Source: Candidatus Bathyarchaeota archaeon (GTDB lineage Archaea > Thermoproteota > Bathyarchaeia > TCS64). Taken from it: a stretch of 46,622 nt of DNA. The notes under the pieces were generated by a model that was given only the letters and a program-made list of their open reading frames with translations, was not told the origin of the DNA and ran no database searches. Below, piece after piece: positions 37,521-46,622 of this stretch. The DNA is taken from contig JBDRQD010000067.1 of NCBI GenBank assembly GCA_043826455.1, positions 1-46,622 of the forward strand. The letters run 5' to 3'. Within the stretch, counting starts at the first letter, position 1, and each line of letters opens with the position of its first letter. Both the position numbers and the translations under genes were made by a program.

Positions 37521-38399
37521 CTAATACCACCAATAATCTATTCTTTCAGCGTATATTTTTGAAGGTTTATTATTTATTTTAGGTGTAATCAATATTGATT
37601 CTCTAATTTGTTCTATTAAATTGTCGCCTGAGGTGTTAATTGCCTTTACAACAGCATCTTTGTTTGAACATAATGTGTTACTTGAAATAACTGTTGTAAC
37701 GTACCCAAATGTTTTCGCTGGTAATGGAGAAAGAGCTCCACCAACCAATGCACCAAACCCGAAGTCTGAAGCTACTTCATCAATATTGATTTCCTCTTCG
37801 TTTACAACATCTTCAACCATTCCACCCATGGCGTTAGCTGTCCCACTTACAACTGAACTGTATACAACTTTTGATATGATTGCGATGGGGGCTGTTGTCG
37901 CTATTACTACAGCTGCTGCCCCACATATTGCCCCATTTGTGAATGCACCTATTGCTCCTCTGAGAGTTACTTCTTTACCAGTTTGAAGTGTTTCATGGAT
38001 GTACCACATGAAATTTACTAATCCACCAAGCAAAGCACCTGCAATTATTGGATTTTCTCCGTCTGGGTCTACATATTTGTGTGGGTTGTTTCGGCAGTAG
38101 CTGTACCTGTTGAGTGATTGTGGATCAGACAGGTCACCGAACACCGAGTCGCGGGTGATGAACCGCCCCGTCACCGGGTCATAGTACCTTGCCCCGAAGT
38201 AGTAGAGGCCCGTAGCGTCCTCCTGCTTCCCCGTGTATCTGAACTCCTCCAACCCAGACTTACTGTACCCTGGCCCATACGGCTCGTAGTTCGACTCGTA
38301 GATTACGTTGCCTGAGGCGTCGGTCTTGAGCCTGGTGTTGCCCAGGTGGTCCACGTGATAGTACTCCACGGTCCCCGAGCTGTTCGAAGCCAGATGCAA
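37521..38399 (-). CDS. orphan Rhs core plus variant C-terminal domain
   Basis: DHLG...YYFGARYYDPVTGRF...NPHKYVDPDG, then a 178-aa Gly/Ala-rich tail unlike that of the main Rhs. Confidence 0.88.
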   Translation of the reverse strand: MHLASNSSGTVEYYHVDHLGNTRLKTDASGNVIYESNYEPYGPGYSKSGLEEFRYTGKQEDATGLYYFGARYYDPVTGRFITRDSVFGDLSDPQSLNRYSYCRNNPHKYVDPDGENPIIAGALLGGLVNFMWYIHETLQTGKEVTLRGAIGAFTNGAICGAAAVVIATTAPIAIISKVVYSSVVSGTANAMGGMVEDVVNEEEINIDEVASDFGFGALVGGALSPLPAKTFGYVTTVISSNTLCSNKDAVVKAINTSGDNLIEQIRESILITPKINNKPSKIYAERIDYWWY

Positions 38400-38419
38400 G
38401 GAACTAGCATAGATACGCT

Positions 38420-38803
38420 TTATATAAGAACCACCGTTTTTTCGTTCTTGAATTTATTAATTATTTGCTTGACGGCTCTTATTAATGCAATAAGCGGCAT
38501 AATGGGAGCTGACACTAAAAACGCATTCAGTGATGGAATACTAGTTGATTGATTTAAATAGTATAAAAATGGGCCTAATAAAATAACTAACCATTCTAAT
38601 GTCCTGTGCTTCTTAAGATAATTTAAAAATTCATACCAATAATAACCAATAGCCCCCAACACACAAACTCCTAACCAATAAAATGGCTGAAAAATTACCC
38701 CGACCTTTATAATCTCAGTAATAACCCAAATATTGAATAATAAAAGAAATAGAGATAAAATAGATACTACTAAAATGCCTTCTTTACGGTTTCTATCTAT
38801 TAT
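38420..38803 (-). CDS. putative membrane immunity protein of the main Rhs (about 4 TM, likely ATA start)
   Basis: Frame of the 38420-38662 ORF stays open to ATA 38800/38803, behind AGGAGGT in the Rhs 3' end; hydrophobic and AT-rich. Confidence 0.65.
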   Translation of the reverse strand: MIDRNRKEGILVVSILSLFLLLFNIWVITEIIKVGVIFQPFYWLGVCVLGAIGYYWYEFLNYLKKHRTLEWLVILLGPFLYYLNQSTSIPSLNAFLVSAPIMPLIALIRAVKQIINKFKNEKTVVLI

Positions 38804-41800
38804 TAGTACCTCCTGCTCTCATATAAATCATAACTTGTTGGTATATGTGTTGAGGTTTTTTGGAGTGTTTCTAAACCACTTGTGACAAGAGCTGTGCCGA
38901 AAGCTTCGAAAGCTATAGTACGTATTATTGAAGCAGCATTTCTAGAACTATCGGGATTTATCAACGCATTATAATAAGTACTAATTTTTTTCGGAGCAAA
39001 ATATTTCGATTGTTTTAATGTATACATACCATGTGTTCCTTCAATAATTTTATTACTCGCTACTGACATTGATCCGCCAACGATAAATCTAGTTGCTGCA
39101 TCCATTGCATTAATTTCATTTCCTTTTATTGTTGCCTCTGTAGCATAAGAGAAGACTTCAGCACCACCTTGGGCGGTAAATGATATCGTCTTAGCTACCA
39201 ACGAAGTGGAGCTATACCCTAACTTAACAGCTACTGATCCAGCTATTGGCCCAATAGCTGCTGAGACCGCACCACTTATTGCTCCTGATACCCCCGCTGC
39301 AACTAAACCTCTGTTAAATTCCTCGGTCCCGAATTCTTTACCCATAGCATATTGAGCAACGGTATACATCCCTATATTAATGGCTGCGCCAATTGCAGCT
39401 CCGACAACAATGTGCATCCAACGCCCGTCTGGGTCTGTGTATTTGTGTGGGTTGTTCCTGCAGTAAACGTATCTGTTGAGTGACTGGGGATCAGTGAGGT
39501 CTCCAAACACTGAGTCGCGGGTGGTGAACCGTCCAGTCACCGGATCGTAGTACCTTGCCCCGAAGTAGTAGAGGCCGGTGGGGTCCTCCTGCTTGCCCGT
39601 GTACCTGAACTCCTCCGAGCCGGACTCACCGTACTCGGGGCCGTAGGGCTCGTAGTTGCTCTCGTAGATGACTCCGCCGGTGCTGTTAGTCTTGAGCCTG
39701 GTGCTGCCCAGGTGGTCCACGTGGTAGTACTCGATGGTGCCTGAGCTGTTTGAGGCCAGGTGCATGGAGCCAGCGTAGATATACTTCTCGTGTGCTTCAG
39801 CTTTGATCTCATCGATGACAATGAGGCCGCTGTACACGTAGTCCGTCGTCCCCGCTGTATCCCACGAGCGTACCCTCCTCCCACCAGCATCATACGTGTA
39901 CTGGGCCGAGGCGACGCCGTTCTTCTTCACATTGATTAGCCTATCCTCAGGGTCGTACCTGTACGCCCAGTCGTTGGAGCCGTCGTCCCACGTGGCCAGG
40001 TTCCCGTTGCCGTCCCACGTGAACGCCATACCCGTACCTGATGATATACGGTTCATATTGTCGTATGTATAGCTGGTGACTGATCCTCCCCGGTTCAGCG
40101 ACAGCCTGTTCCCAACAGAGTCGTAAGTGTAGCTCAGGCCCCCCCAGGGGCCAGAGCTGCTCGTCAACCTGTCCAGCAGATCATAGCCGTACGTCTCGGT
40201 GGACGCGCCGTCGCTGATAGTTTTGACGCTCCCCGTCTTATCATAGGTGTAAGCCAGGCGAAGGAGAACCGTGGAGCCCCGCTTAGTCTCGATGCACACC
40301 GGCCGGTCACGGGAATCATAGGTGTATGTGGCTGTGACCCCGTTACCGTAGGTCACTAAACTGACCTTATCCGACTGGGTGTGCCTCACAGACGCGATGC
40401 CAACCACGTTTCTCAGCCTGTTTAGAGCATCATAGGTCATGGATACGCTGGACGAGTCAGGGTAGACGATGCCGATTATGTTTCCAACGCCATCGTAGCT
40501 GTACCCGACAGTATAGATGCTGCCCGCAATGTTGTACCGCTCCTCAAGGAGCCTGTTCCGCGCATCGTAGCTCCACGCCATGCTGGTACCGTTGTAGCTT
40601 GAGCCGATCCTGCGGCTCATTTCATCGTAGCTGTATAGCACGTCTACGCCTATGCTGCTCGCGTTCACCAGCCTGTCCAAGCCGTCGTACGTGTAGTAGG
40701 TATCTGAGCCCTCACGGTCAGTCTTTCTGATGAGGTTGCTGACTTTATCATAGGCCATCTCCTCGGTCAGGCTGTCCGAGTGCTGAATCTGGGTCAGCCT
40801 GTTGAGCTGATCATAAGTGTAGCTTGTCTCCCTGCTGAGACTATCAGTGATCTTAACAAGGTTACCTACCTCATCATAGATGTACCCTGTAACATAGAAG
40901 CTGCCAGCCTGGTAGTACTCGTCAACCTCAACAAGCCTGTCACACCAGTCGTACTTCAGCCTACGCTGCCTGCCCTCCTCGTCAATCACATCAACGTAGT
41001 TCCCTGCGTAGTTCACCACGTTCTGCGAGTATGAGCTATCAGGGTTGGTCTGCTTGGTCAACATTCCGGCCGCGTTGTACTCGTACCTGTAGGTGTAGCC
41101 GACCTCGTCAGTATACTTGCTTAGAAGGCCGAACAGGTTGTACTTGTAAGTCTTTGTTGAGTATGATGTGGAGCCATTAAACCGTTCGTACTTGGATTGT
41201 CTGCCCAGGCCATCATAGTACTGTTTAATCCTTACACCATTCTCGTCAGTGACTCTCACACTTGACTCAGACGTTGCCTTGCTGGTCGGCATAAAGTTGT
41301 GTTTTAACTGATAGGTTTCTGTGGCCGATCCTGTAGCGTAGACCAGCGATGTTTTTCCTTCATATGTCTCATCGCTGGAGGAGACGGTGCCGTATGGGCT
41401 GTCGGCTGTGCTGTCCGCTTCTAGCTGGGTCTCAGGGCCCCATGTAGCTCCATCTAAGTATTTGTAATAGATGCCATAGGGAGTCACTTGGCTCTGCCAG
41501 AACGCGTACAGGGTCCCGTATGCTGGCCCCTTGGATAGCTGCATCGACGCCCACTGGTTTGCATATGTCCAGGCTACGTTGGTGCCTGAGTTCCATGAGC
41601 CGGATGTGTAGGTTCGCATCCGAACCTTCGACCATGAGTTAGAGGTCAAGCCATATGACACGAATAGCCAGACGTCGTAGCCCCAGGAGGCGAGGTCGAA
41701 GGTGCAGTAGCTCCCTACACTGTCTATTGCTTCTTTTGAGCTCCACGATGCGCCGTTCCATAGGTATCCTTCGATGGCTGCTCTGTCAGAGTAGGCGAAG

Positions 41801-44800
41801 TATACTTTGTCGTTTGACAGAGGAGTTAGTTTACCATACACGTTTCTGATACAATCATCCATCTTTGTGGGGAACCCTGTGCGCGTGGTCCAACCCCCGT
41901 TCATGTTTGAGGAGCAGGTTACATACGGGTCCTTGTTCGATTCGGCTGCTCGGTAATCGAAGCAGATCCAGACATAGTTATCCGTGACAGTGATGCTCGG
42001 CCGGTACGCCCTTAATGATCCTGTGTCGTACGCTTTATTGAATCCTGACCATGTTATTGTTCCATCGCCGTTTGGGTTTCCTCTCATATAATAGACATCT
42101 GTACTGTCTTGGCCTTTAGAAAAGACTAGGTGTACATATTCCCCGTCGAAGTAGAGGTTCCAGTAGGCATAGTAATTTGATCCAGGTACCTGTGTTGCCG
42201 TTGACCATGTCTCCTGGTCAGTGGATGAATAGAATCGTAGAATATCGCTGTAATAAACGAAGACCCAGGTTCGTCCTTCCGCGTTGAAGGTTTGTGTGAA
42301 GAACCAATCTGAGTACGCACCTGTCATAACGACATCCATGTTTGGTGAGCCTGAAAACGTTACTTCGTCGTAATACTCAGCAGTTTTATAGGTAATAACG
42401 CTGTTCGTTTCAGGGTTCGTCTGCTTGGTTACCCGCCCCAGTACATCATACTCGTACTTTGTTGAGTTCCCGTAGGGATCCATGGCCCTCTTGAGATCCC
42501 CTGTACCATGATAGTAGGTGTAACTCGTCGTGACGTTTTTCGTGTCTGTTAACTTTTGCTTTGTCGCTGTCAAGTAGGCAGAGCTGTACGCCGGCCCATA
42601 CTCGTAGTATGTAGTCTGGCTCTCAGGATTTACCCCTCTAATCATGTTGCCGTATGAGTCGTAAGTGTAGCTGGCCGTAACCCACGAAGCATTAAGAAGC
42701 TTCTTTGTCTGAGTAAGTGAGCCGTCGAAGTTATACTGGTTGTACTGCTCGATGCAGCTGCTTCCGGCTCCGTTCTGGAGTTCGGCGGCGCCGAGGAGAA
42801 GACAGTGTATGTTGGGTTTAATGTTGTTACTGTAGAATGAGTCCGAGAATATGTATACCTGGCCGTTGGTGTCTTTGAACACTCCTGATGAGTCTGTATT
42901 GGAGTAGCTGCAGTAGCTGTTGTGCCCCTCATAGTCTCTTCTGTAGATGAGGTTGCCCCAGTTGTCATACTTCTGGATCATCTCAACGGCGTATGCGTTG
43001 TTACCCGGGTAGTGATCAATATCTATCCTTCTGCGGTCCTCTGATACTGTTTTAACGTCCTTGTATAGCCTTGGATCAGACTCCTTGCCATTATATGCCT
43101 CCTCAGTGACCGTATACTGGCTATAGGTCATCTTCGTCGTTTTCATGGTGTTCATTGTTTGAAGGGATTCTTTGATGGTTGTCTTATCGACGTAGTCGAA
43201 GCCACCATCGTAGATGAAGTATCTCTGGACGTGGTCTCCTTTACCATCGTATGCGATCTGTTTCTGTACTCTGTACTGGTAGTAACCGGAGCTATCGTAT
43301 ACATTGTACTCGTAGGCTGTGTGTCCACCGGTGGGGTACTCGACCTTGGTAACTAGGTAGTCTAAATTGTATGTGTACTTGGTTTTCCTCCCGTCCGGGT
43401 CAGTGACCTCGGTTAAAACGTATCCGCTGACTGCACCTGACCCGTAACTGTAGTTAACGGTTCTATTACCTGAGGATATGCTTGAAACCTGGCCGTTGGC
43501 GTTGTAGGAAAGCGATACTGTTCTTCCTATCGTGTCTGTAATGGTTGTGATCTTGTTTGCGCTGTAGGTGAATGAGATCGTATTTCCGCAGGTGTCTTTG
43601 ATGGTTGTGGGTTTGTAGGTTGAGTCGTAGTTATACCTTGTACCGTCTACAGTGAAGAGACTGTACGTGCCATTTGTGTAACCGTAGAGCTTGAAGTGGT
43701 CACCTGAGTGGTACTCTGTGCCTGATGCGCCAGCCCCATCGTACTTGTACCTCTGCCCATCGGGGAATCTGATATATGCGGGGCTTCCAGTCTTGGTCTC
43801 TATCCAGGGGAAAGATAGCTGCCAACCTTTTCCTATTGGTGCCCACGGGTAGTCCTGGTAGCTGTAGGTAGCCGTTGATGCTGGTTGGTTCCCGTAGAAG
43901 TAAGACGGAGGAGTATGCACTCTTGTGATAAACAGATCGAGGCCCCTCCCAGGAATGTACAAGTCAATCTGGGTTACTGTGAGGAAACCGGTTTGAGTTG
44001 AGACATACTCGTTCTCATTTTTGAAGTACTCCCCGTAGGGCACTAAACCTTGGTCTGTCCAGGGGTTGTGGTTCCCAGCGTCCATAGTCATGATTCGTGT
44101 GGTTTCATTCACGTTATCAAACGAGTTTGGCTTGAAGTCTAGTCTTCCACTCTTCACTGTTGGTAGGTCTAGTGCGCTTGTTTCGGTTATTAGGGCATCT
44201 TCTTTAGTAGTTTCTGTGAATGTCAGTTGAGCTCTTCCAGCTAAACTGTAGGTGATGTCTACGTGAAGGGTCGTGGTATCTGTGTCGAACGTTAGGCGTT
44301 TGTTGAAATCATCAAATGAGTTAATGGTCGGGTTTTTTAGCGGTTCTCCTTCTCTTTTTGGTGTGACTTGTATCCAGTCTTTCTCATCGTAGATAGCTAG
44401 AGTCCCGTTCTTATTTATGGCGAACCTTGTGTAACCAAACCGTGTGATACTCTCCCATATCTCATTGTTTATAGGATGAATAATGAGATCGATAGATTTT
44501 GATGCTATACACCAGTTTTTGAAGACGACTGTCACAGTTGGGTGCATGGTCGTCTCAGCTTCAACCATGTACACGTGGGTTACTGGTTGGTTTTGATATG
44601 TAGCGTAGTCGTTGTAGCCGTCGCCGTCAAAGTCGTATTTTATGAGTAGGATTTCGCCAAGGGCCTCTGGGGTCTCTATTATTGTGTTGAATTTTACGGG
44701 GAGAGGTGATTCTCCCTCTTTTACGTTTGAAGTGAATGTTATTGATGGCTCTTTTTCAGGTGTTCTATCATGGTATATCAGATATGTTTGTTCTTGGGGT

Positions 44801-45072
44801 TGTGTAGTATTTTTTGTATCTAGTTCAGGATCGGTGTAAGTATAATTATAGACTACCTCAAACGGTGAGAAGTCGGGTAATGTTTTATCTGTTGTATTAT
44901 ATTGATATTGGTCTTCAATAAACGGATTTGTTAATGGTATTCCATCTTGGTGAGTCTCATTTGTCGCCTCTTGTGTTGAGGCGAGGACTAGGGGTAGGTA
45001 TAATGGCCCCGATGTGACCATTAAGATTACTACTATAAAACCAACCAGGTTTTTTCTATTCATTGCACTCAC
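38803..45072 (-). CDS. Rhs/YD-repeat polymorphic toxin with signal peptide, PKD-like domain and inserted beta-propeller
   Basis: N-terminal basic plus hydrophobic signal; DUF6531-like DLYIPGRGLDLFITR; many YD repeats; core ending NPHKYTDPDG; 206-aa AT-rich tail. Confidence 0.95.
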   Translation of the reverse strand: MSAMNRKNLVGFIVVILMVTSGPLYLPLVLASTQEATNETHQDGIPLTNPFIEDQYQYNTTDKTLPDFSPFEVVYNYTYTDPELDTKNTTQPQEQTYLIYHDRTPEKEPSITFTSNVKEGESPLPVKFNTIIETPEALGEILLIKYDFDGDGYNDYATYQNQPVTHVYMVEAETTMHPTVTVVFKNWCIASKSIDLIIHPINNEIWESITRFGYTRFAINKNGTLAIYDEKDWIQVTPKREGEPLKNPTINSFDDFNKRLTFDTDTTTLHVDITYSLAGRAQLTFTETTKEDALITETSALDLPTVKSGRLDFKPNSFDNVNETTRIMTMDAGNHNPWTDQGLVPYGEYFKNENEYVSTQTGFLTVTQIDLYIPGRGLDLFITRVHTPPSYFYGNQPASTATYSYQDYPWAPIGKGWQLSFPWIETKTGSPAYIRFPDGQRYKYDGAGASGTEYHSGDHFKLYGYTNGTYSLFTVDGTRYNYDSTYKPTTIKDTCGNTISFTYSANKITTITDTIGRTVSLSYNANGQVSSISSGNRTVNYSYGSGAVSGYVLTEVTDPDGRKTKYTYNLDYLVTKVEYPTGGHTAYEYNVYDSSGYYQYRVQKQIAYDGKGDHVQRYFIYDGGFDYVDKTTIKESLQTMNTMKTTKMTYSQYTVTEEAYNGKESDPRLYKDVKTVSEDRRRIDIDHYPGNNAYAVEMIQKYDNWGNLIYRRDYEGHNSYCSYSNTDSSGVFKDTNGQVYIFSDSFYSNNIKPNIHCLLLGAAELQNGAGSSCIEQYNQYNFDGSLTQTKKLLNASWVTASYTYDSYGNMIRGVNPESQTTYYEYGPAYSSAYLTATKQKLTDTKNVTTSYTYYHGTGDLKRAMDPYGNSTKYEYDVLGRVTKQTNPETNSVITYKTAEYYDEVTFSGSPNMDVVMTGAYSDWFFTQTFNAEGRTWVFVYYSDILRFYSSTDQETWSTATQVPGSNYYAYWNLYFDGEYVHLVFSKGQDSTDVYYMRGNPNGDGTITWSGFNKAYDTGSLRAYRPSITVTDNYVWICFDYRAAESNKDPYVTCSSNMNGGWTTRTGFPTKMDDCIRNVYGKLTPLSNDKVYFAYSDRAAIEGYLWNGASWSSKEAIDSVGSYCTFDLASWGYDVWLFVSYGLTSNSWSKVRMRTYTSGSWNSGTNVAWTYANQWASMQLSKGPAYGTLYAFWQSQVTPYGIYYKYLDGATWGPETQLEADSTADSPYGTVSSSDETYEGKTSLVYATGSATETYQLKHNFMPTSKATSESSVRVTDENGVRIKQYYDGLGRQSKYERFNGSTSYSTKTYKYNLFGLLSKYTDEVGYTYRYEYNAAGMLTKQTNPDSSYSQNVVNYAGNYVDVIDEEGRQRRLKYDWCDRLVEVDEYYQAGSFYVTGYIYDEVGNLVKITDSLSRETSYTYDQLNRLTQIQHSDSLTEEMAYDKVSNLIRKTDREGSDTYYTYDGLDRLVNASSIGVDVLYSYDEMSRRIGSSYNGTSMAWSYDARNRLLEERYNIAGSIYTVGYSYDGVGNIIGIVYPDSSSVSMTYDALNRLRNVVGIASVRHTQSDKVSLVTYGNGVTATYTYDSRDRPVCIETKRGSTVLLRLAYTYDKTGSVKTISDGASTETYGYDLLDRLTSSSGPWGGLSYTYDSVGNRLSLNRGGSVTSYTYDNMNRISSGTGMAFTWDGNGNLATWDDGSNDWAYRYDPEDRLINVKKNGVASAQYTYDAGGRRVRSWDTAGTTDYVYSGLIVIDEIKAEAHEKYIYAGSMHLASNSSGTIEYYHVDHLGSTRLKTNSTGGVIYESNYEPYGPEYGESGSEEFRYTGKQEDPTGLYYFGARYYDPVTGRFTTRDSVFGDLTDPQSLNRYVYCRNNPHKYTDPDGRWMHIVVGAAIGAAINIGMYTVAQYAMGKEFGTEEFNRGLVAAGVSGAISGAVSAAIGPIAGSVAVKLGYSSTSLVAKTISFTAQGGAEVFSYATEATIKGNEINAMDAATRFIVGGSMSVASNKIIEGTHGMYTLKQSKYFAPKKISTYYNALINPDSSRNAASIIRTIAFEAFGTALVTSGLETLQKTSTHIPTSYDLYESRRY

Positions 45073-45196
45073 ACCGAATAGATCTCAAACCCTGAACTGA
45101 ATCTAATAAAAATTAATCTTATTCTTTTATTTAACATTAGCGAACTTGAAGTAATTAATAAAATCAAAGATATAGTAAGAGGAGGATTCCGAATAA

Positions 45197-46486
45197 CGCG
45201 CTGCCTTGTCCCGAAATTCATCCACGTTTAGAATATGTTTATCTTGATAGTTGGGGTCTCGTCCCCCAGTGGTCTGTCCAACCATGGGGGGTGAGTTCAC
45301 TTAGGACAAGATGAACACGAGACCCTAGAGACACTCTTCAGAAACACCGACTTAAGCATTGCTGAGAAGCAGCTAATCGGCTGCTACCACACCACAGGCC
45401 CAGGGAGGCCACCAAAGAACCCGCTGGGCATCTTCAGGGCCCTCTTGGTGATGCGTATGAAGGGCATCCGCAGCCTCAGGGAGCTCACAAGGATCCTTGA
45501 CATAGACAGGAGAATCAGAAGGCTCTGCCTGATCAGAAGTAACGAGCGTGGATACACCAGGTCCGTCATCAGCCGCTTCACAAGAAGGATTGGAGCCGAG
45601 AGGCTTCAGCTGATCATCGAGGAGAAGGTGGTCATGCTCCTCAGAAGGAGCCACGTCGAAGAGGTTGACGCGGTCCTCGACCCGAGCTTCGTCAAGGCCT
45701 GGAGCATCAGACACCCCGACGATGGCAGGGTAGGCTTCTCGGATACCGACGCGATGGTCGGGAGGAACGGCCGCGGGTATGATCTCGGCTACAAGCTCCA
45801 CCTATCGGTGGACCCGAAACGGATCCTCCCGCTGGCGGTCCTGGTCGCCCCGGCGAATGATAACGAGAAGAGGCACGCCCCGTCCCTAGTAGAGAAGACT
45901 AGAGAGGTTCTCGGTAGGGCTGGGGCCCGGCTCCGGAGGCTGATCGGTGACAGCCAGTTCAGCAGTGAAGCGGTTAGAGGCCTAGTCGAGGATTCGGTGA
46001 TACCGTACACGTCTAACCAGAAAGGTGTGGGCATCTTAAGGGTTGACAGGAGGTTCAGGACCCACGGCCCGGTGGAGCTGGTGGCTGAGTATCATAAGCG
46101 GCCGATGGCGGAGTCTGCTTTCAGCTATCTGAAGACTCAGTACGGGTTGACGGTGAATAAGGTGAGGCGTCTGGCGAATGTTTCGGTGTATGCTTTGCTG
46201 AGTGTGCTATGTCATGTGCTGGTGAGGGAGGCCGCTGAGAACGTGGGTCGGCCGGAGAAGGCGGTGTCGCCGACGTTCTTCAATACGTGAGTGGGGCTGT
46301 CTGGTGGCGGGGTGGGGAGTGTCTAGGTGGTGCTGTGCGTGTATTTTCGGTGGAGGGCTCGGTTTCCTGTGTTTATTGGCCTAATGATGGTTTTTAGGGG
46401 GGTTATCAGTGGTTTGATGGTTTGTCGTGGGCTTGTTTGGGGTGTGATGTTCATGTTGTGTGTCTATTTCGGGACAGGGCAGCGCG
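45197..46486 (+). mobile_element. insertion sequence (IS5/IS1182-like DDE)
   Basis: Inverted repeats CGCGCTGCCTTGTCCCGAAAT (45197-45217) and ATTTCGGGACAGGGCAGCGCG (46466-46486), 20/21 match; the terminal CGCG may be the target duplication. Confidence 0.9.
45301..46290 (+). CDS. DDE transposase
   Basis: GRPP...SLREL, VLDPS, GYKLH, IGDSQF, YHKRPMAESAFSYLK; frame open from 45295, first canonical start at 45445. Confidence 0.88.
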   Translation, partial: LGQDEHETLETLFRNTDLSIAEKQLIGCYHTTGPGRPPKNPLGIFRALLVMRMKGIRSLRELTRILDIDRRIRRLCLIRSNERGYTRSVISRFTRRIGAERLQLIIEEKVVMLLRRSHVEEVDAVLDPSFVKAWSIRHPDDGRVGFSDTDAMVGRNGRGYDLGYKLHLSVDPKRILPLAVLVAPANDNEKRHAPSLVEKTREVLGRAGARLRRLIGDSQFSSEAVRGLVEDSVIPYTSNQKGVGILRVDRRFRTHGPVELVAEYHKRPMAESAFSYLKTQYGLTVNKVRRLANVSVYALLSVLCHVLVREAAENVGRPEKAVSPTFFNT

Positions 46487-46622
46487 CGGGGGAATTCAAT
46501 AATTAGGTGTTGCTGGCTTGACGTCGTGCTTCTATACAAGCAAATAAGCCACCTCCCAGCCAGGTTCAACCAGAGAACACCCCAGGAAACCCTCGACAAT
46601 GGATCTCAGGCACCGTGAAACC

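Noticed and set aside
34845..39423. Shufflon-type switching of Rhs cassettes by the minimal recombinase
   Set aside because: Cassettes are co-oriented and no short repeated crossover sites were seen; homologous recombination through the core suffices
46291..46465. GT-rich strand-biased stretch as a separate repeat or ncRNA
   Set aside because: Lies inside the IS between the transposase stop and the right inverted repeat; no periodic unit

Overview
This is archaeal genomic DNA from a GC-rich host. The fused Rpo1, unsplit Rpo2, Lsm-rpl37e pair and BHB-intron tRNA point to a TACK-group organism, plausibly Bathyarchaeia (inference). From left to right: (1) the edge of an integrated element at tRNA-Asn(GTT), with a Zn-ribbon tyrosine integrase; (2) about 15 kb of housekeeping and catabolic genes (methyltransferase, ferritin, ABC exporter, two Fe-S flavoproteins, sulfatase-like hydrolase, amidohydrolase, decarboxylase-like protein, M28/M20 hydrolases, enolase-superfamily enzyme); (3) a 2.5-kb block bounded by ~120-bp direct repeats, holding an inverted 23-bp copy of the tRNA-Leu 3' end (att-like), an MFS gene, a DUF3303-like gene and a degenerate tRNA-Leu copy; (4) rpoB-rpoA-rpl30e-nusA, lacking its usual neighbours rpoH and rps12/rps7, then Lsm-rpl37e and an intact intron-containing tRNA-Leu(TAA); (5) a cryptic integrated element with two tyrosine recombinases, RHH/wHTH regulators, an MCM-like ATPase and small paralogous ORFs; (6) an archaeal Rhs polymorphic-toxin locus: a 2089-aa signal-peptide-bearing Rhs, a membrane immunity candidate, an orphan toxin/immunity cassette and a truncated third cassette; (7) an IS with terminal inverted repeats. 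The most notable signals are the Rhs system and the evidence that the tRNA-Leu element has been split by an inversion that includes the RNA polymerase cluster.
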